Source of the DNA: an uncultured Methanomicrobiales archaeon
GTDB lineage: Archaea > Halobacteriota > Methanomicrobia > Methanomicrobiales > Methanospirillaceae
Assembly (NCBI GenBank): GCA_963697895.1
Contig: OY969100.1
Span: 1,120,001 to 1,184,000 of the forward strand
Length of the DNA stretch: 64,000 nucleotides
Direction of reading: 5' to 3'
Positions within the stretch are counted from its first letter, which is position 1. Every line of letters begins with the position of its first letter. A program made the translations under genes and the position numbers. This document shows, one piece after another, positions 17,722-28,699 of this stretch. Under the pieces are notes generated by a model. That model ran no database searches, had not been told where the DNA came from, and was given only the letters and a program-made list of their open reading frames with translations.

Positions 17722-19869
17722 CTATTCTGCTATCCCCATGCCCTTCAGCGGCGGGGGATAATATATGTCCCCGACCCCGGGGAGCGGGATCGTGACGATC
17801 GTCGTATTGATATCGTCGAGGGAGTTCGCCTTGATCTGTTTTGCCGAGAGCGTGTAGAGGACGTTTCCGATATAGAGGGACCGTTTCACGTCGGATGCCG
17901 ACCCGCCGTAGTAGTAGTACCCGTTGTCGCCCGTCCCGTGCTGGACCGTTCCCCGGAGCGTAAACCCGGTCTCCGGCGTGAGGCCGAAGACGTACGCCCC
18001 GTACCATGCCTGCGGCTGGTAGTTGTAATAGTCCGGCTTCGTGACCGGGGCCATCGATACCGCCCGGACCGGGATCACGAGGAGGTTCTTCCCCTTGTCG
18101 AAGAGGAACGCGTGGTGGTCGGTAAGGGCCGCCGAGTCCGAGCCGGCATCCCCGATCTGGACCGTATCGATCTGCTTCGGGTTCGCCACGTCGGAGACAT
18201 CGAAGAGGGCGAGCTTCACCCCCGAGGTCGAGACCCCGCCCCAGTCGTTCGTCGTCGTCTCCTTGCCGATCCCGATGATATGCGTCGCGTCGTACGGGTG
18301 CAGGTAATCTGAGTAGCCCGGGATCTTGAGCTTCCCGAGGATCGCCGGGGCCTCCGGCTTCGAGAGGTCGATCACGAAGAACGGGTCGATCCGCTTGAAC
18401 GTCACCATGTAGAGCCGGTCGCCGATGAACCGGGTCGAATAGATCGATTCCTGCTCGGCGATATGAGTGAGGGAGCCTATCGTCTTCATCCCCCCGTCGA
18501 GGACATACACGTTGTTGTAGGTATACTGCCCCGCCCGGGTATAGACGCTGGAAGTCGTCGCCAGGCGGAGGTTGTTGTTGTACTCGTCCATCGAGAACTG
18601 GTTGTCGAGGACCCCCGGAACCTCGCCCTTCGCGGCGTACGTGATCTTCCCGTCCTGTATCGCGATCTTGTGGACCACGGTCGTCGTCTGGTCGGCTTCC
18701 TGCCGCCGGATCGCCTCCTCCTCACCGCTCCGGAGACTGCTGATGACAGACTGCCGCTGGTCCTCCGAGAGGGTGTTGAAGTCGGACGGGACCGCGGATG
18801 GTGAAGAGCCGGATGATATCCCCGTGGATCCGCCGGAACCCGCACCCCGGCTGACCGGCTGCGGCGGGAGGACCCCGCCATTCATCGGGTAGACGACCGG
18901 GTGGTACCGCGGGTAACTCACGTACATCGCGTCCGTCGAGACATAGATGACGTTCCCGCTCCCGAGCAGGTAGGTCTGGGCGTCTTTCTCGTTCCCTGTC
19001 CCGGCATCGATCGCGGTGATCGTGGTGAAGGTGTACTGCTGCTCCGGGTTGTCGAAGTACCAGACATCGGGCCGGACCACGGTCGTCGTCCCTTCCCGGA
19101 GGGCGGGGACGATGATCGGTTCGTTGTAATACGGGTAGATCTGCTCCCGGGTGACCATGTACACGGTGGAGCCGATCATCCGGGCATCGGCATAATCGCC
19201 GTCGATCGAGTAGTCCTTCAGCACCCGGGGGTTTGCCCGGTCGCTGATATCGTAGATGACCGCGTGAGTAACCGGCGTATACGGCTGGTACCGGGGCATG
19301 TACGCGAGCCCCGGTTCAGGGGACGAAGGGGTGCTCACGTCGGTTCCCCACCCGACTGAAAAAAGGACGAGCCGGTCCCCGGTGACGAAGAGGTCCTTCG
19401 GGGTATCGGCGATCTCCGTCTTTGAGATGACCGATGCGTTCGCGGCCGGGTAGGCATCGACGATCGTAAGCGTCGATCCCGAGATCGTGTAGATGTACCG
19501 GGCATCGTTCTTCACGATATCCGGTTCATCGACCCCGACGACCTGCACGTTCGTCTGCGAGTAGTCGACCGGGACTCCCAACGCCGGTGCCGGGATGACC
19601 AACCCGGTCCCTCCCGCTTCCTGGTTCTTTGTCGCCAGGGACGAGGCGGTGGACGGTACCGCCGTCATGGGGATGGTCCGGTAGTACCCGGTCTCCTGGT
19701 CTGTTGCGGTCGTGTTCCGGATATACTCCTCGATCTCGGCGGTCGAGGTGAACTTCTTCAGGCCCGATCCTTCGGGTGGCGTGGCGGTCGCGTTCATGCA
19801 CCCGGCGGCAAGGATGGCGATGAACGCGAGCGAGGCGAGCACGATCAGGATTGTTCTGGTATGCGTCAT
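17722..19869 (-). CDS. secreted beta-propeller domain protein (Beta_propel-like)
   Basis: Lipobox 'LAAGC', 'YSQTNVQVVGVDEPDIVKND', 'NQFSMDEY' and 'LKIPGYSDYLHP'. Confidence 0.88.
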   Translation of the reverse strand: MTHTRTILIVLASLAFIAILAAGCMNATATPPEGSGLKKFTSTAEIEEYIRNTTATDQETGYYRTIPMTAVPSTASSLATKNQEAGGTGLVIPAPALGVPVDYSQTNVQVVGVDEPDIVKNDARYIYTISGSTLTIVDAYPAANASVISKTEIADTPKDLFVTGDRLVLFSVGWGTDVSTPSSPEPGLAYMPRYQPYTPVTHAVIYDISDRANPRVLKDYSIDGDYADARMIGSTVYMVTREQIYPYYNEPIIVPALREGTTTVVRPDVWYFDNPEQQYTFTTITAIDAGTGNEKDAQTYLLGSGNVIYVSTDAMYVSYPRYHPVVYPMNGGVLPPQPVSRGAGSGGSTGISSGSSPSAVPSDFNTLSEDQRQSVISSLRSGEEEAIRRQEADQTTTVVHKIAIQDGKITYAAKGEVPGVLDNQFSMDEYNNNLRLATTSSVYTRAGQYTYNNVYVLDGGMKTIGSLTHIAEQESIYSTRFIGDRLYMVTFKRIDPFFVIDLSKPEAPAILGKLKIPGYSDYLHPYDATHIIGIGKETTTNDWGGVSTSGVKLALFDVSDVANPKQIDTVQIGDAGSDSAALTDHHAFLFDKGKNLLVIPVRAVSMAPVTKPDYYNYQPQAWYGAYVFGLTPETGFTLRGTVQHGTGDNGYYYYGGSASDVKRSLYIGNVLYTLSAKQIKANSLDDINTTIVTIPLPGVGDIYYPPPLKGMGIAE

Positions 19870-20308
19870 AATCAATAACGAGATCATGGGGGGTCAGGCA
19901 CATCAATCTGGCGTTAACTGCGAAAATTTTCATAGTTTGCGGGAACGGCAGATCCTTTTTGTTACATTCTCTCGATCTCCTCTTCCGGTTCGGAAGGAGA
20001 ATGCTCCCACATCTGGAAAAATAACAGCGCCCGATAGAGCCCCTGTCCATCTTGTCAGGAACCTGTGGTATCATGTACTCGACGAGATTACGGTTCCCGT
20101 AGATATGCCACATCACGGGCACCTTTCCGGTACCCGGATAAGATATGATTCCCCATATTCCTGTCACACGACGGGGATCGCGTTCTTTCAGAATACGCCT
20201 GTCAATGGTCGCCTTTATTTTGCGCCTGATCAAGGGATCCTGGATTATTCTGGTACCCTGGAATGCGTATCGCCATTTTTTGTGCCTCCTCAATATGACC
20301 GGTTGTCT

Positions 20309-21637
20309 TCAGCTACCCGAATCCCCCTCGTTTCCCCGTTTCTTCCGCTCCTCGATGATGCCATAGAAGATCACCCCGGTGAGGATGAAGATCGCTCCGA
20401 GGGAGAGCGCCTGGACCCCGAGGGAGACCATCACGACGATGGAGAGGACGAGCGAGACGACCTGGACCCACGGGTAGAGCGGCGACCGGAACTTACCCGG
20501 GACCGCCCGCTGGCGGAGGATGATCACCGCCGCCCCGGTCAGCGCGTACGAGAAGATCACCCCGAAGTTGGAGGCGAGCGCGATGAACTTCAGGTTCCCG
20601 AGGGAGAGCGAGGCGACGGTCCCGGCCCCGATGACGATCACCGCAATTTTGGGTGAATCCCCGGAGAATCCGCCGATCCATCGGGGGAACATCCCGTCCT
20701 CGCTCATCTGGAGGAGCGTCCGGGAGCCGGCGGTGATGAGGGAGATTGTCACCGAGATCGTCGCGACGATCGCCACGACGGCGACGATGGTGCTGATGAC
20801 GGGAGGGGCATTCGAGAAGTCGAGGGCATTCTGGAGAGGGTTTGCCGCAAGGGTGTACCCCGTCCAGGGCATGAGCGCGAGCAACCCGAGCACGACGAGG
20901 ATATAGAGGAGCATGCTCACCCCGAGCGAGATCAGGATCGCTTTCGGCACGTTCACCGGGCCGTCCTCTACCTCCGGGGTGAGGGTCGCGACCGTGTTGA
21001 ACCCCGAGTAGGCGAAGAAGGCGAGGGAGGCGGCCGTGATGATGCTGGCCGGGCCGAACGGGACGAGCGGGGTGAACCGGTCTGCGGTCCAGGAACCGTA
21101 CACGAGGGCCGCAGCAATGAAGATCGCGAGTCCCGCGACCGTGATGAAGACCAGGTATTTCTCTGTCCGGGCAACGAACCGCAGGCCGCGGTAGTTCAGG
21201 TAAGTGACGATCACGATCAACGCGATCGCGAGGACGAGGAGGAGCACCGGATCGGCGGGGAGCTTCACGAGCGAGGAGAGGTAAGAGGCAAACCCGAGTG
21301 CGACGGCGGAGGCGGCGATCGCGTAGGAGATCGCCCGCAGCCAGCCGACGAGGAACCCCGGTCCGTCCCCCATGCTCACCCGGACAAAGGAGTAGAGCCC
21401 GCCATGGGTGACGACCTTCGACGAGAGCTCGGCGCTGTTCAGCGCAACGGTGGTCGCGAGGACGGCGGTCAGCACAAAGGCGAGGATCGCCCCCGGCCCG
21501 GAGATATTGATGACCGTCCCGGCGAGGACGAAGATCCCGGCGCCGATGATGTTTCCGAGGCCGATGTATGCCGCCTGCCACATCGTGATCAGGGGTGGCT
21601 TCTTCGCTCCTTTTACCTGAACGGGCGCTGCGGGCAT
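20309..21637 (-). CDS. APC-family amino acid permease
   Basis: 'IIGAGIF', 'GGLYSF' and 'FFAYSGF'. Confidence 0.9.
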   Translation of the reverse strand: MPAAPVQVKGAKKPPLITMWQAAYIGLGNIIGAGIFVLAGTVINISGPGAILAFVLTAVLATTVALNSAELSSKVVTHGGLYSFVRVSMGDGPGFLVGWLRAISYAIAASAVALGFASYLSSLVKLPADPVLLLVLAIALIVIVTYLNYRGLRFVARTEKYLVFITVAGLAIFIAAALVYGSWTADRFTPLVPFGPASIITAASLAFFAYSGFNTVATLTPEVEDGPVNVPKAILISLGVSMLLYILVVLGLLALMPWTGYTLAANPLQNALDFSNAPPVISTIVAVVAIVATISVTISLITAGSRTLLQMSEDGMFPRWIGGFSGDSPKIAVIVIGAGTVASLSLGNLKFIALASNFGVIFSYALTGAAVIILRQRAVPGKFRSPLYPWVQVVSLVLSIVVMVSLGVQALSLGAIFILTGVIFYGIIEERKKRGNEGDSGS

Positions 21638-21744
21638 CGCTGACTCGATCGGTAGCGAAACTATTTAGAGTTGATGAAGATCATCCGTCTGCCATCAGGA
21701 CAAGGTCAGCTCTAGTGCTGGTGTAAAGGGGAATGCACCCCTCA

Positions 21745-22080
21745 CTATGCGACCGCTCCGCCAATCACTCCGCCGATCAGACCGAGGATCCCGCTGTAGA
21801 TGCCCAGGATCACGAGCAGCGCCGCTATTCCCAGTCCCCCGAGGAACCCGAGCAGGCCGAGGAAGATGGTCCCGCCGATGACCACGAGGATCCCGATGAC
21901 CAGCGCCCCGAATATCCCGGCCACGAACCCGGCCTTTGCCCCGTTCCAGGTACCGCCTTTGGCGACGATCCCGGCCACGAATCCCCCGATGAGGTGGTTG
22001 ATCACCGGAAGGAAGAAGAGCACGACCATCACGATGAACCCGAGCACGACCCCGAGCCAGAAATTGCCCTGCTTTGCCAT
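21745..22080 (-). CDS. DUF5518-like Gly-rich membrane protein
   Basis: 'IGGFVAG...GAKAGFVAG...GLIGGVIG'. Confidence 0.75.
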   Translation of the reverse strand: MAKQGNFWLGVVLGFIVMVVLFFLPVINHLIGGFVAGIVAKGGTWNGAKAGFVAGIFGALVIGILVVIGGTIFLGLLGFLGGLGIAALLVILGIYSGILGLIGGVIGGAVA

Positions 22081-22369
22081 CGGAAAATGATAGGTAGGAA
22101 GGGCGTTAAAGATTTCCGGAATACTCCGGGGAGAAACGGTCCGGGGAATACGATCTCCGGAACTCCGGTTTCACCGGTGAGGACCGTTCCCGGTCGTTCC
22201 GAGTTCCCGAACCCGGTTTGTTTCAGCGCTGAAGAACGATCCAGGTCTCCCTGGTATCAAAAAAACCCTGTTGGCCAGCGGAGAATGCTCCTCAAGACCA
22301 GGTATCCGTTGAATGCAGGAATTCCGCGGGAATAATCCGAAAAGGAAACGTTTATGCTTCCTTGTGCCG

Positions 22370-23194
22370 ATGGAGCCGGTCATGGTACCTACTATCCTGG
22401 TCACCGGATCCACGGACGGGATCGGGAGAGCGACGGCGGCCGAACTTACCCGGCAGGGAGCCAGGGTGATCATCCACGGCAGGAGCCGGGCAAAGGCACG
22501 GGTCGTCCAGCGGGAATTACAGGAGATCTCCAACGGGGAGAAGACGGATATGTTCATCGCCGATCTTTCCGACCCGGACGAGATCCGTGGGATGGCAGAA
22601 GAGATCTCCTCGGTATACACCCGTCTCGACGTCCTGGTTAATGACGCGGGGACCTACCAGGCGACCCGGAACCTGACCGCCGGAGGCGTGGAGATGACCT
22701 TCGCGGTGAACTACCTTGCCCCGTTCCTCCTTACCAACCTGCTCCTTCCCCTGCTCCGGGCGAGCACCCCGTCCCGGATCGTGACCGTCGCATCGAGCGC
22801 CCACGAGGATGTCCCCCGGATAGACTGGGAGAACCTCCCGGGGATGCCCCGCTACGACCCGTGGGAAGCGTACTGCCTCTCGAAGTTTGCGGACATCACG
22901 TTCACGTACCAGCTTGCCGGGCAGCTCGAAGGGACCGGCGTGACCGCGAACTGCCTCCATCCCGGCGTGGTCGATACCAAACTCCTCCGGACCGCGTTCC
23001 CGGGGATGCAGGGGATCTCCCCGGAAGACGGTGCACGCACTTCGGTTTACCTGGCCCTCTCGCCCGAAGTGGCCGGCATATCCGGGCAATATTTCGAGGA
23101 GATGCGGCCGGCAAAATCGACGGCACTGACCCACGACCGGACCGTGCAGAAGAGGCTGTGGGATATGGCAGAAGATCTGACCGGGTTGAAGTGA
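22370..23194 (+). CDS. short-chain dehydrogenase/reductase (retinol DH-like)
   Basis: 'TGSTDGIG', 'FAVNYLAPFLLT', 'YCLSK' and 'LHPGVV'. Confidence 0.9.
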   Translation: MEPVMVPTILVTGSTDGIGRATAAELTRQGARVIIHGRSRAKARVVQRELQEISNGEKTDMFIADLSDPDEIRGMAEEISSVYTRLDVLVNDAGTYQATRNLTAGGVEMTFAVNYLAPFLLTNLLLPLLRASTPSRIVTVASSAHEDVPRIDWENLPGMPRYDPWEAYCLSKFADITFTYQLAGQLEGTGVTANCLHPGVVDTKLLRTAFPGMQGISPEDGARTSVYLALSPEVAGISGQYFEEMRPAKSTALTHDRTVQKRLWDMAEDLTGLK

Positions 23195-23276
23195 ACGGGT
23201 ACTATCAGGAGTGCTTCGGGAATTCAAATTCTTATTGAAGCGTAACGTTGCATTCGTGACGTGTATCAGGTTCGCG

Positions 23277-23768
23277 TTAAAAATCCCCGCCTTTTTGAAT
23301 TTTGATAAAAACTCCGTCGTTGCGTTCTTCGATGATTATTCTGTTCATTATTTCACGCCTGATATGTTCCGGAAGACGCTGTGACTGCCAGTTCAGTTCC
23401 CTGGCAATTTCTTCCCCGGCATTCACTGGATTGGCCGCTGCGACCGCTTTAAGGGCGTAATGCGCACCCCCGTAGGCATGCTGGGGGACATGTGCCGTTG
23501 CCACCGCCTGGCCTGCTGCACGCGCTGCAAAACAGGCCGCCTTATTTTCTTTCGCTTCGCGGGCGGCAGCATGAGCGGCAAGAGCAGCTCCCCGTATCTC
23601 AGCAATACGAAACACCCCTGTACGGACCCATGCCCGACATGCTTCGATAGCTCTGCGTGGACGTTCGTCCTTCGGATATGCCTTCTCAAACAGGGGAAGT
23701 ACCCGCTCGGCACAGTCCGCAGCCCATGCTGCCATCAATCTCTGGTCTTGCGTGCTGTATTTTTTCAT
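23277..23768 (-). CDS. Imm5-like helical protein (putative immunity domain)
   Basis: 'WAADCAERVLPLFE..P.D.RPRRAI..RAW', 'AARAAGQAVATAHVP.HA'. Confidence 0.75.
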   Translation of the reverse strand: MKKYSTQDQRLMAAWAADCAERVLPLFEKAYPKDERPRRAIEACRAWVRTGVFRIAEIRGAALAAHAAAREAKENKAACFAARAAGQAVATAHVPQHAYGGAHYALKAVAAANPVNAGEEIARELNWQSQRLPEHIRREIMNRIIIEERNDGVFIKIQKGGDF

Positions 23769-23913
23769 GGATACCTAACAGGAAGATACCCGCGAGAACT
23801 CCCGCGTTTACAGAGCATTCACGCTCAGCATCTTCATCCTGTTCACATCCGGATACCTGTCCGGCGGGATCGGGAGTTCCCGACCCGGGAACGCCACCGG
23901 AATGAGATGCAAA

Positions 23914-25470
23914 TCATACCCCTCCGGTCCCGGGGATCCCCAGGTCCTTCCGGGCGAGCCCGCGTTTTATGAGGATTATCGCGAGGATCACGGCAGGAAT
24001 GAGGAATAATTCCGCGGCGAACAGGGCTGCATGGTACCCCTGGACGGTTATTACGCTCGTACTGCCGGTGGACCGGGCGATCCCGGTGAGGACCACGCTC
24101 GCAACACTTACCCCGATCGCCGCCCCGATCTGCTGGGCGGTGGTGAGCAGCCCGGCCGCGAGTCCCTGCCGCTCATGCACCACCCCGGTCGTCCCGGCGA
24201 TGTTTAAGGAAACGACGGTGGAAACAAGGCCGAGTGCCGTGGCATAATAGTACGCCATCAGGAGGATGATCGAGGAGCTGCTCCCGAGCGTTGCGAGAGC
24301 GAGCATGCCACTGGCGAAGAGGGAAAGCCCGATGATGATCATGAGCCGGTACCCGATACGCCGGATAATCCGGGGGGCCAGCGTCGCACCCGAAAGACCG
24401 CCGAGCCCCGCCGGGATGAATATCAGGCCGGTCTCCAGCGGCGAGAAACCCCGGACTTCCTGAAGGAAGAGCGTCATGACAAAAACGAGCGCTGCGTTGG
24501 CCGCGAACGTAAGGAACATGATCATGTCGGATATGGCGATCAGCCTCCGCCGGAAGATATCGAACGGCACGAGAGGGATAGCGGCACGCCGTTCCACGTA
24601 CACGAAACTGATCACGAGGGCTATCGACAGGGCAAGGAGGATCGCGAGGAAATAGGGTGATTCGCCGGGATAGGATGCCTCGGTGATGGCGTAGATGACG
24701 AGGAGGAGGGATGTGGTGATCAGCACGGCCCCCGTTATATCGAAGCCTCTCTTCTGTTGTTTCGCCCCGGATCCCGGGAGCACGAATATTCCCGCGATGA
24801 TGACAAACGCCCCGATGGGGACGTTGACAAAGAAGACCCAGTGCCAGGAGAGGGCGCTCGTCAGGATCCCCCCGAGGATCACGCCGACCGTAAAGCCGAT
24901 GGCGGCCATGGAACCGAAGATTCCGAGCGCCGCATTCCGCTCGTGGCCTTCCCGGAAGGTCGTGGTGACCAGGGAGAGCGCCGTCGGGGAGAGCATGGCC
25001 GCCCCGATCCCCTGTATCGCCCGCGAGATAAAGATCATCTCCGCGGAAAAGGCAAATCCCCCGAGCAGCGACGCCAGGGAAAAGACGGTCAGCCCCGCGA
25101 TGAAGACCGATTTCCGCCTGAAGATATCGGAAGCCCTACCCCCGAGGAGCAGGAACCCGCCGAAGGTCAGGGCATAGGCGCTGACGACCCACTGGAGTTC
25201 GATGGGTGCCAGCTGGAACTGGGCCTGGATGGACGGCAGGGCGACGTTCACGATCGAGAAGTCGAGGACTATCATCAGCTGGGCGAGGGAGAGGATCACC
25301 AGGATCAGGCGAAGCCGCTGCGGGCGGCCCGGTACTTCTTCGGGCACAGGATACCATGAGCGAGCGGGCGGTATATATTCTGCGAAAAACCGGCCGGCGT
25401 GGTGGGCGTCACCCGGAAATGGATGCGGACATCCCCACTGATCTGGTTCTTTTCCGCTAGCTCGTCCCAC
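23914..25470 (-). CDS. MFS transporter, DHA2 (EmrB/QacA-like)
   Basis: 'LDFSIVNVALPSI', 'GGRASD', 'WVFFVNVPIG'; the real start is probably further in. Confidence 0.9.
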   Translation of the reverse strand: MGRASGKEPDQWGCPHPFPGDAHHAGRFFAEYIPPARSWYPVPEEVPGRPQRLRLILVILSLAQLMIVLDFSIVNVALPSIQAQFQLAPIELQWVVSAYALTFGGFLLLGGRASDIFRRKSVFIAGLTVFSLASLLGGFAFSAEMIFISRAIQGIGAAMLSPTALSLVTTTFREGHERNAALGIFGSMAAIGFTVGVILGGILTSALSWHWVFFVNVPIGAFVIIAGIFVLPGSGAKQQKRGFDITGAVLITTSLLLVIYAITEASYPGESPYFLAILLALSIALVISFVYVERRAAIPLVPFDIFRRRLIAISDMIMFLTFAANAALVFVMTLFLQEVRGFSPLETGLIFIPAGLGGLSGATLAPRIIRRIGYRLMIIIGLSLFASGMLALATLGSSSSIILLMAYYYATALGLVSTVVSLNIAGTTGVVHERQGLAAGLLTTAQQIGAAIGVSVASVVLTGIARSTGSTSVITVQGYHAALFAAELFLIPAVILAIILIKRGLARKDLGIPGTGGV

Positions 25471-25555
25471 AACCAGGGTCCCTGTCTGGGTATGACAATC
25501 TGCCCGTACAAAAAGCCCATGATATTATCCGTCCACCGGAACCGGGCCTATTTCG

Positions 25556-25834
25556 CTATTTCTCCGGTTCCGTCCCGGTGGTCGCCAGGGTCCTGCCGAT
25601 GTTCCGGTAGAACCGCCAGTGGAGGGCGATGTGAAGTATGACGAGCAGAGCAAAGACGATGCTCGTAACATCGTGCATCCGGAGCCATTGCGCCCGGCTG
25701 ATCCCGGCAAACAGGGCCCGGCCCGGGGTCCCGGATGGCAGGGCCCGAAGGAGGACGGTACCGGAGACGAGGGACGGGATGAAGAAGATGAGTGCAGCAA
25801 GGTCGGTGATTGCGTTAACCTGGACTTTTTTCAT
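25556..25834 (-). CDS. DUF4405-like membrane protein
   Basis: 'SGTVL...W..MHD...LHIALHW'. Confidence 0.75.
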   Translation of the reverse strand: MKKVQVNAITDLAALIFFIPSLVSGTVLLRALPSGTPGRALFAGISRAQWLRMHDVTSIVFALLVILHIALHWRFYRNIGRTLATTGTEPEK

Positions 25835-26008
25835 ATATCCTGCTGTACCTGCACCACGATAAAAAGGAGGTGTTGATGAACAGAGGGTATGCCCGGAATG
25901 ATGGGGACGGACGAAAGGGGCTGTTTACCGTTTGTGTCCCGCACCATATCCGGATAAATCCGGGAAGAGCGGAACAAATAAATAGCAACTCAACGAAAAA
26001 GACCGGAT

Positions 26009-26179
26009 ATGGCAATGAGCTGGCTTTTGACACTGGGAATTATCTTCCTCGTCATCGCGATAATCCTGATCATCCTCGGGTTCCTGGGGAGAATTGCATG
26101 GACAATATTGAAGTGGGTGATAATCATCCTCATAATTCTCGCCATTCTCTCCTATTTCTTTAATATCACCTTCTTTTGA
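26009..26179 (+). CDS. 56-aa hydrophobic membrane microprotein (not in ORF track)
   Basis: MAMSWLLTLGIIFLVIAIILIILGFLGRIAWTILKWVIIILIILAILSYFFNITFF*, followed by a T run. Confidence 0.7.
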   Translation: MAMSWLLTLGIIFLVIAIILIILGFLGRIAWTILKWVIIILIILAILSYFFNITFF

Positions 26180-26298
26180 TCAATTTTTTTTACCGGATGT
26201 GAATAGTATTCCATGCTCGTCCCTGGGAATAGTCAGATCCCCCCCGGTTCCGGAACATCGCAAAAACTTTAATCCTCCCGCTGCCGCAGTATGACGGC

Positions 26299-26766
26299 AT
26301 GGGAATGAAGGAGAATTTTACCGCCGAAGAGTGGAAGAACCTGGTCGCCCTCCCGTATGCGGTCTCGATGACGATCATCGCCGCAGCACCGAACGTCATG
26401 GGGATCTGGAGCGAGACGAAGACCATGATGCAGGAACCGCCGGTCCTCGCATCTTCGAGCGGCAGCGATCTTGCCGGACTTATCGTCGCCGATGCACAGC
26501 CGATGCTCAAGGAACTGGTAAAAGAGCAGCAGAACCTGTGGAAACAGGACCAGGCAGGATACCGGACTAAGATCATTGCCGCCTGTACATCCGCTGCCTC
26601 TGCTCTCGCCAGGGTTCCCCCCGAGGAGGCGCTCGCCTACAAGAAATGGGTCCTTGCCATCGGCATGAAGGTCGCCGAGGCATCAAAGGAGCACGGGGTT
26701 GCGGTCAGCGACCCGGAGAAGGCGGCTCTTGCCGAGATCTCCGCGGCACTCGGCGTCAGTGGATAG
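26299..26766 (+). CDS. conserved hypothetical helical protein
   Basis: 'FTAEEW..L...P', 'YKKWVL.I...VAEASKE', 'VSDPEKAAL'. Confidence 0.75.
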   Translation: MGMKENFTAEEWKNLVALPYAVSMTIIAAAPNVMGIWSETKTMMQEPPVLASSSGSDLAGLIVADAQPMLKELVKEQQNLWKQDQAGYRTKIIAACTSAASALARVPPEEALAYKKWVLAIGMKVAEASKEHGVAVSDPEKAALAEISAALGVSG

Positions 26767-26869
26767 AGGAGACTCCTCCTTTTTTCAGGCGGTCCGTATT
26801 CATTTCTGCAGGATAATCCGCATCGGTGAGGGTCCGATCTCGTATCCCTTTTCGAAGTCCTGAAATCCC

Positions 26870-27238
26870 TTATCTGGCCTTGGGATCTTCTTCATAGAGC
26901 CCGAACCTGTTCCCCTCCGTGTCCTCGCAGTTGATAAGGAAACCCATCCCGGGAACCGCCATCTTTTCGGAGATTAAGCTTCCCCCAAGACTTTTCACCT
27001 TTTTCGCGGCGGCTTCGAGGGAAGATACCCCGAAGTAATTCATCATCCGCTGCGAAGGTTCCATACGCTTTCCCATTCCGCCTCCGACCCCCGGCGTTCC
27101 GTCCAGGTTCGTCGTGGTAATGAGGCTGTACTGCATATCAGGGAATAATTCGAATTTCCATCCGAACAGCCCGGTGTAGAATTTCTTCGCTCTCCCGGTA
27201 TCTTCTGCGGGTATGTCAAAATGGACGATTGCTGGCAT
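26870..27238 (-). CDS. VOC/glyoxalase family protein
   Basis: 'IVHFDIPAED..RAKKFY..LFGW', 'DTEGNRFGL'. Confidence 0.9.
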   Translation of the reverse strand: MPAIVHFDIPAEDTGRAKKFYTGLFGWKFELFPDMQYSLITTTNLDGTPGVGGGMGKRMEPSQRMMNYFGVSSLEAAAKKVKSLGGSLISEKMAVPGMGFLINCEDTEGNRFGLYEEDPKAR

Positions 27239-27427
27239 CAGACTTCACCACCCCTGATACGGATGATCTGAATAATATACATTTCCCTTCAAAACGCCTG
27301 GACTGAAAGCATAAATGGTCCTGCATTCTTGCTCAAACCCGACCGGGGAAGATTAAGTAGGCACGGGAATCGGAGTTCATCCGTGCAATAGAGGGCTTTT
27401 GGAACCCTCTTACGTTCGGGGAAAAAA

Positions 27428-28699
27428 TCATGCTTGTCGTTCCGGTGGCTTCATGAGAATATACGCGACGAAAAAGCCGATGATCGCCAGGACAAACACC
27501 CAGGGAAATACACCCGAATAGTTCCCCGTCGTGGTTTTGATGAACCCGGCAAGCTGCGGGCCGGCGATCGCCCCGGCACCGAATGCGAGGAAGACCAGGC
27601 CGTAACACCGCGGATAATCACCGGTCCCGAAATAGGTTGCCGTGGCCGTCGGCGCGATGGCGAGCCAGCCGCCGAGGCATCCCCAGAGCACTGCGAAGGC
27701 AATGATATACACCCCGACGCTCGGCACCTGCCACATTGCGAGGGAGGCCAGGGCGATCAGGACAAACGAGAGCATTGCGGTCTTGCCCGGGTTGAGCCGG
27801 TCGGTGAGGACCCCGAATACCAGCCTTCCCCCGCCGTTAAAGAGGGCAAAGAATCCCACGAGGGCTGTCGCGAGGCCGGTGGCGATCTGCAGCAGTTCGG
27901 TCCCGACCGGTTTCGAGATGGAAACGGCCATCAGCCCTGCGATACACCCGATGAAGTAACAGGTCCAGAGACCATAGAATGCAGGGGTCTTCACCATCTC
28001 TCTCCGGTTGCACTCGCAGGTCCCGTGCTCACCCTCTCCCGGGACCGGAGGGTTCCAGCCGGCAGGTTTCCACCCCGCTGGCGGGAAGACCAGCGGGAGG
28101 GCCAGGGGAATGGTGATGAGGATGATCCCGATCCCGAAGATACGGAAGGTGCTCATGACGCCATAAACGGCGATGAAGTACCCGGCGAGGTTTGCGGTGA
28201 TGAATGCCGAGAACCCGACCCCGAAGACGGTGAGCCCGACCGCAAGCCCCCTCCGGTCAGGGAACCACCGGGCCGCAACGGCAACCGTTGCACCGTATGC
28301 GATCCCGATGCCAATGCCCCCGATCACCCCGTACATGATGGAAAGCATGGCTATGGAGGAGACCGTCGATGCGAGCAGCCAGCCGAGGCCGGTCAGGATG
28401 CACCCGGCGATGGTGATCTTCCGGGGCCCATGGGTCTCGACGTACCTTCCGGTCAGGGCCATGGTGACCGCAAAGACGGCGAGGATTACCGAGTATGGCA
28501 GGAGCACTTCATTCGCGGTGACGGGCTGACCGAGATTTGTGGAAAAATAATCGGTGAGCGGATCGACGAAGACACTCCACGAATAGACCGTCCCGAGGCA
28601 GAGGTTGATGACCAGACCTACCGCAACGAGCACCCACCTTCCCTTCTCCGGGGGCATCCCTCGCAGCAAGGGAACTTCTCCGGCCTCACTATTCTGCAT
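27428..28699 (-). CDS. OFA (oxalate/formate antiporter) family MFS transporter
   Basis: 'LGTVYSWSVF', 'WFPDRRGLAVG' and 'FNGGGR'. Confidence 0.9.
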   Translation of the reverse strand: MQNSEAGEVPLLRGMPPEKGRWVLVAVGLVINLCLGTVYSWSVFVDPLTDYFSTNLGQPVTANEVLLPYSVILAVFAVTMALTGRYVETHGPRKITIAGCILTGLGWLLASTVSSIAMLSIMYGVIGGIGIGIAYGATVAVAARWFPDRRGLAVGLTVFGVGFSAFITANLAGYFIAVYGVMSTFRIFGIGIILITIPLALPLVFPPAGWKPAGWNPPVPGEGEHGTCECNRREMVKTPAFYGLWTCYFIGCIAGLMAVSISKPVGTELLQIATGLATALVGFFALFNGGGRLVFGVLTDRLNPGKTAMLSFVLIALASLAMWQVPSVGVYIIAFAVLWGCLGGWLAIAPTATATYFGTGDYPRCYGLVFLAFGAGAIAGPQLAGFIKTTTGNYSGVFPWVFVLAIIGFFVAYILMKPPERQA

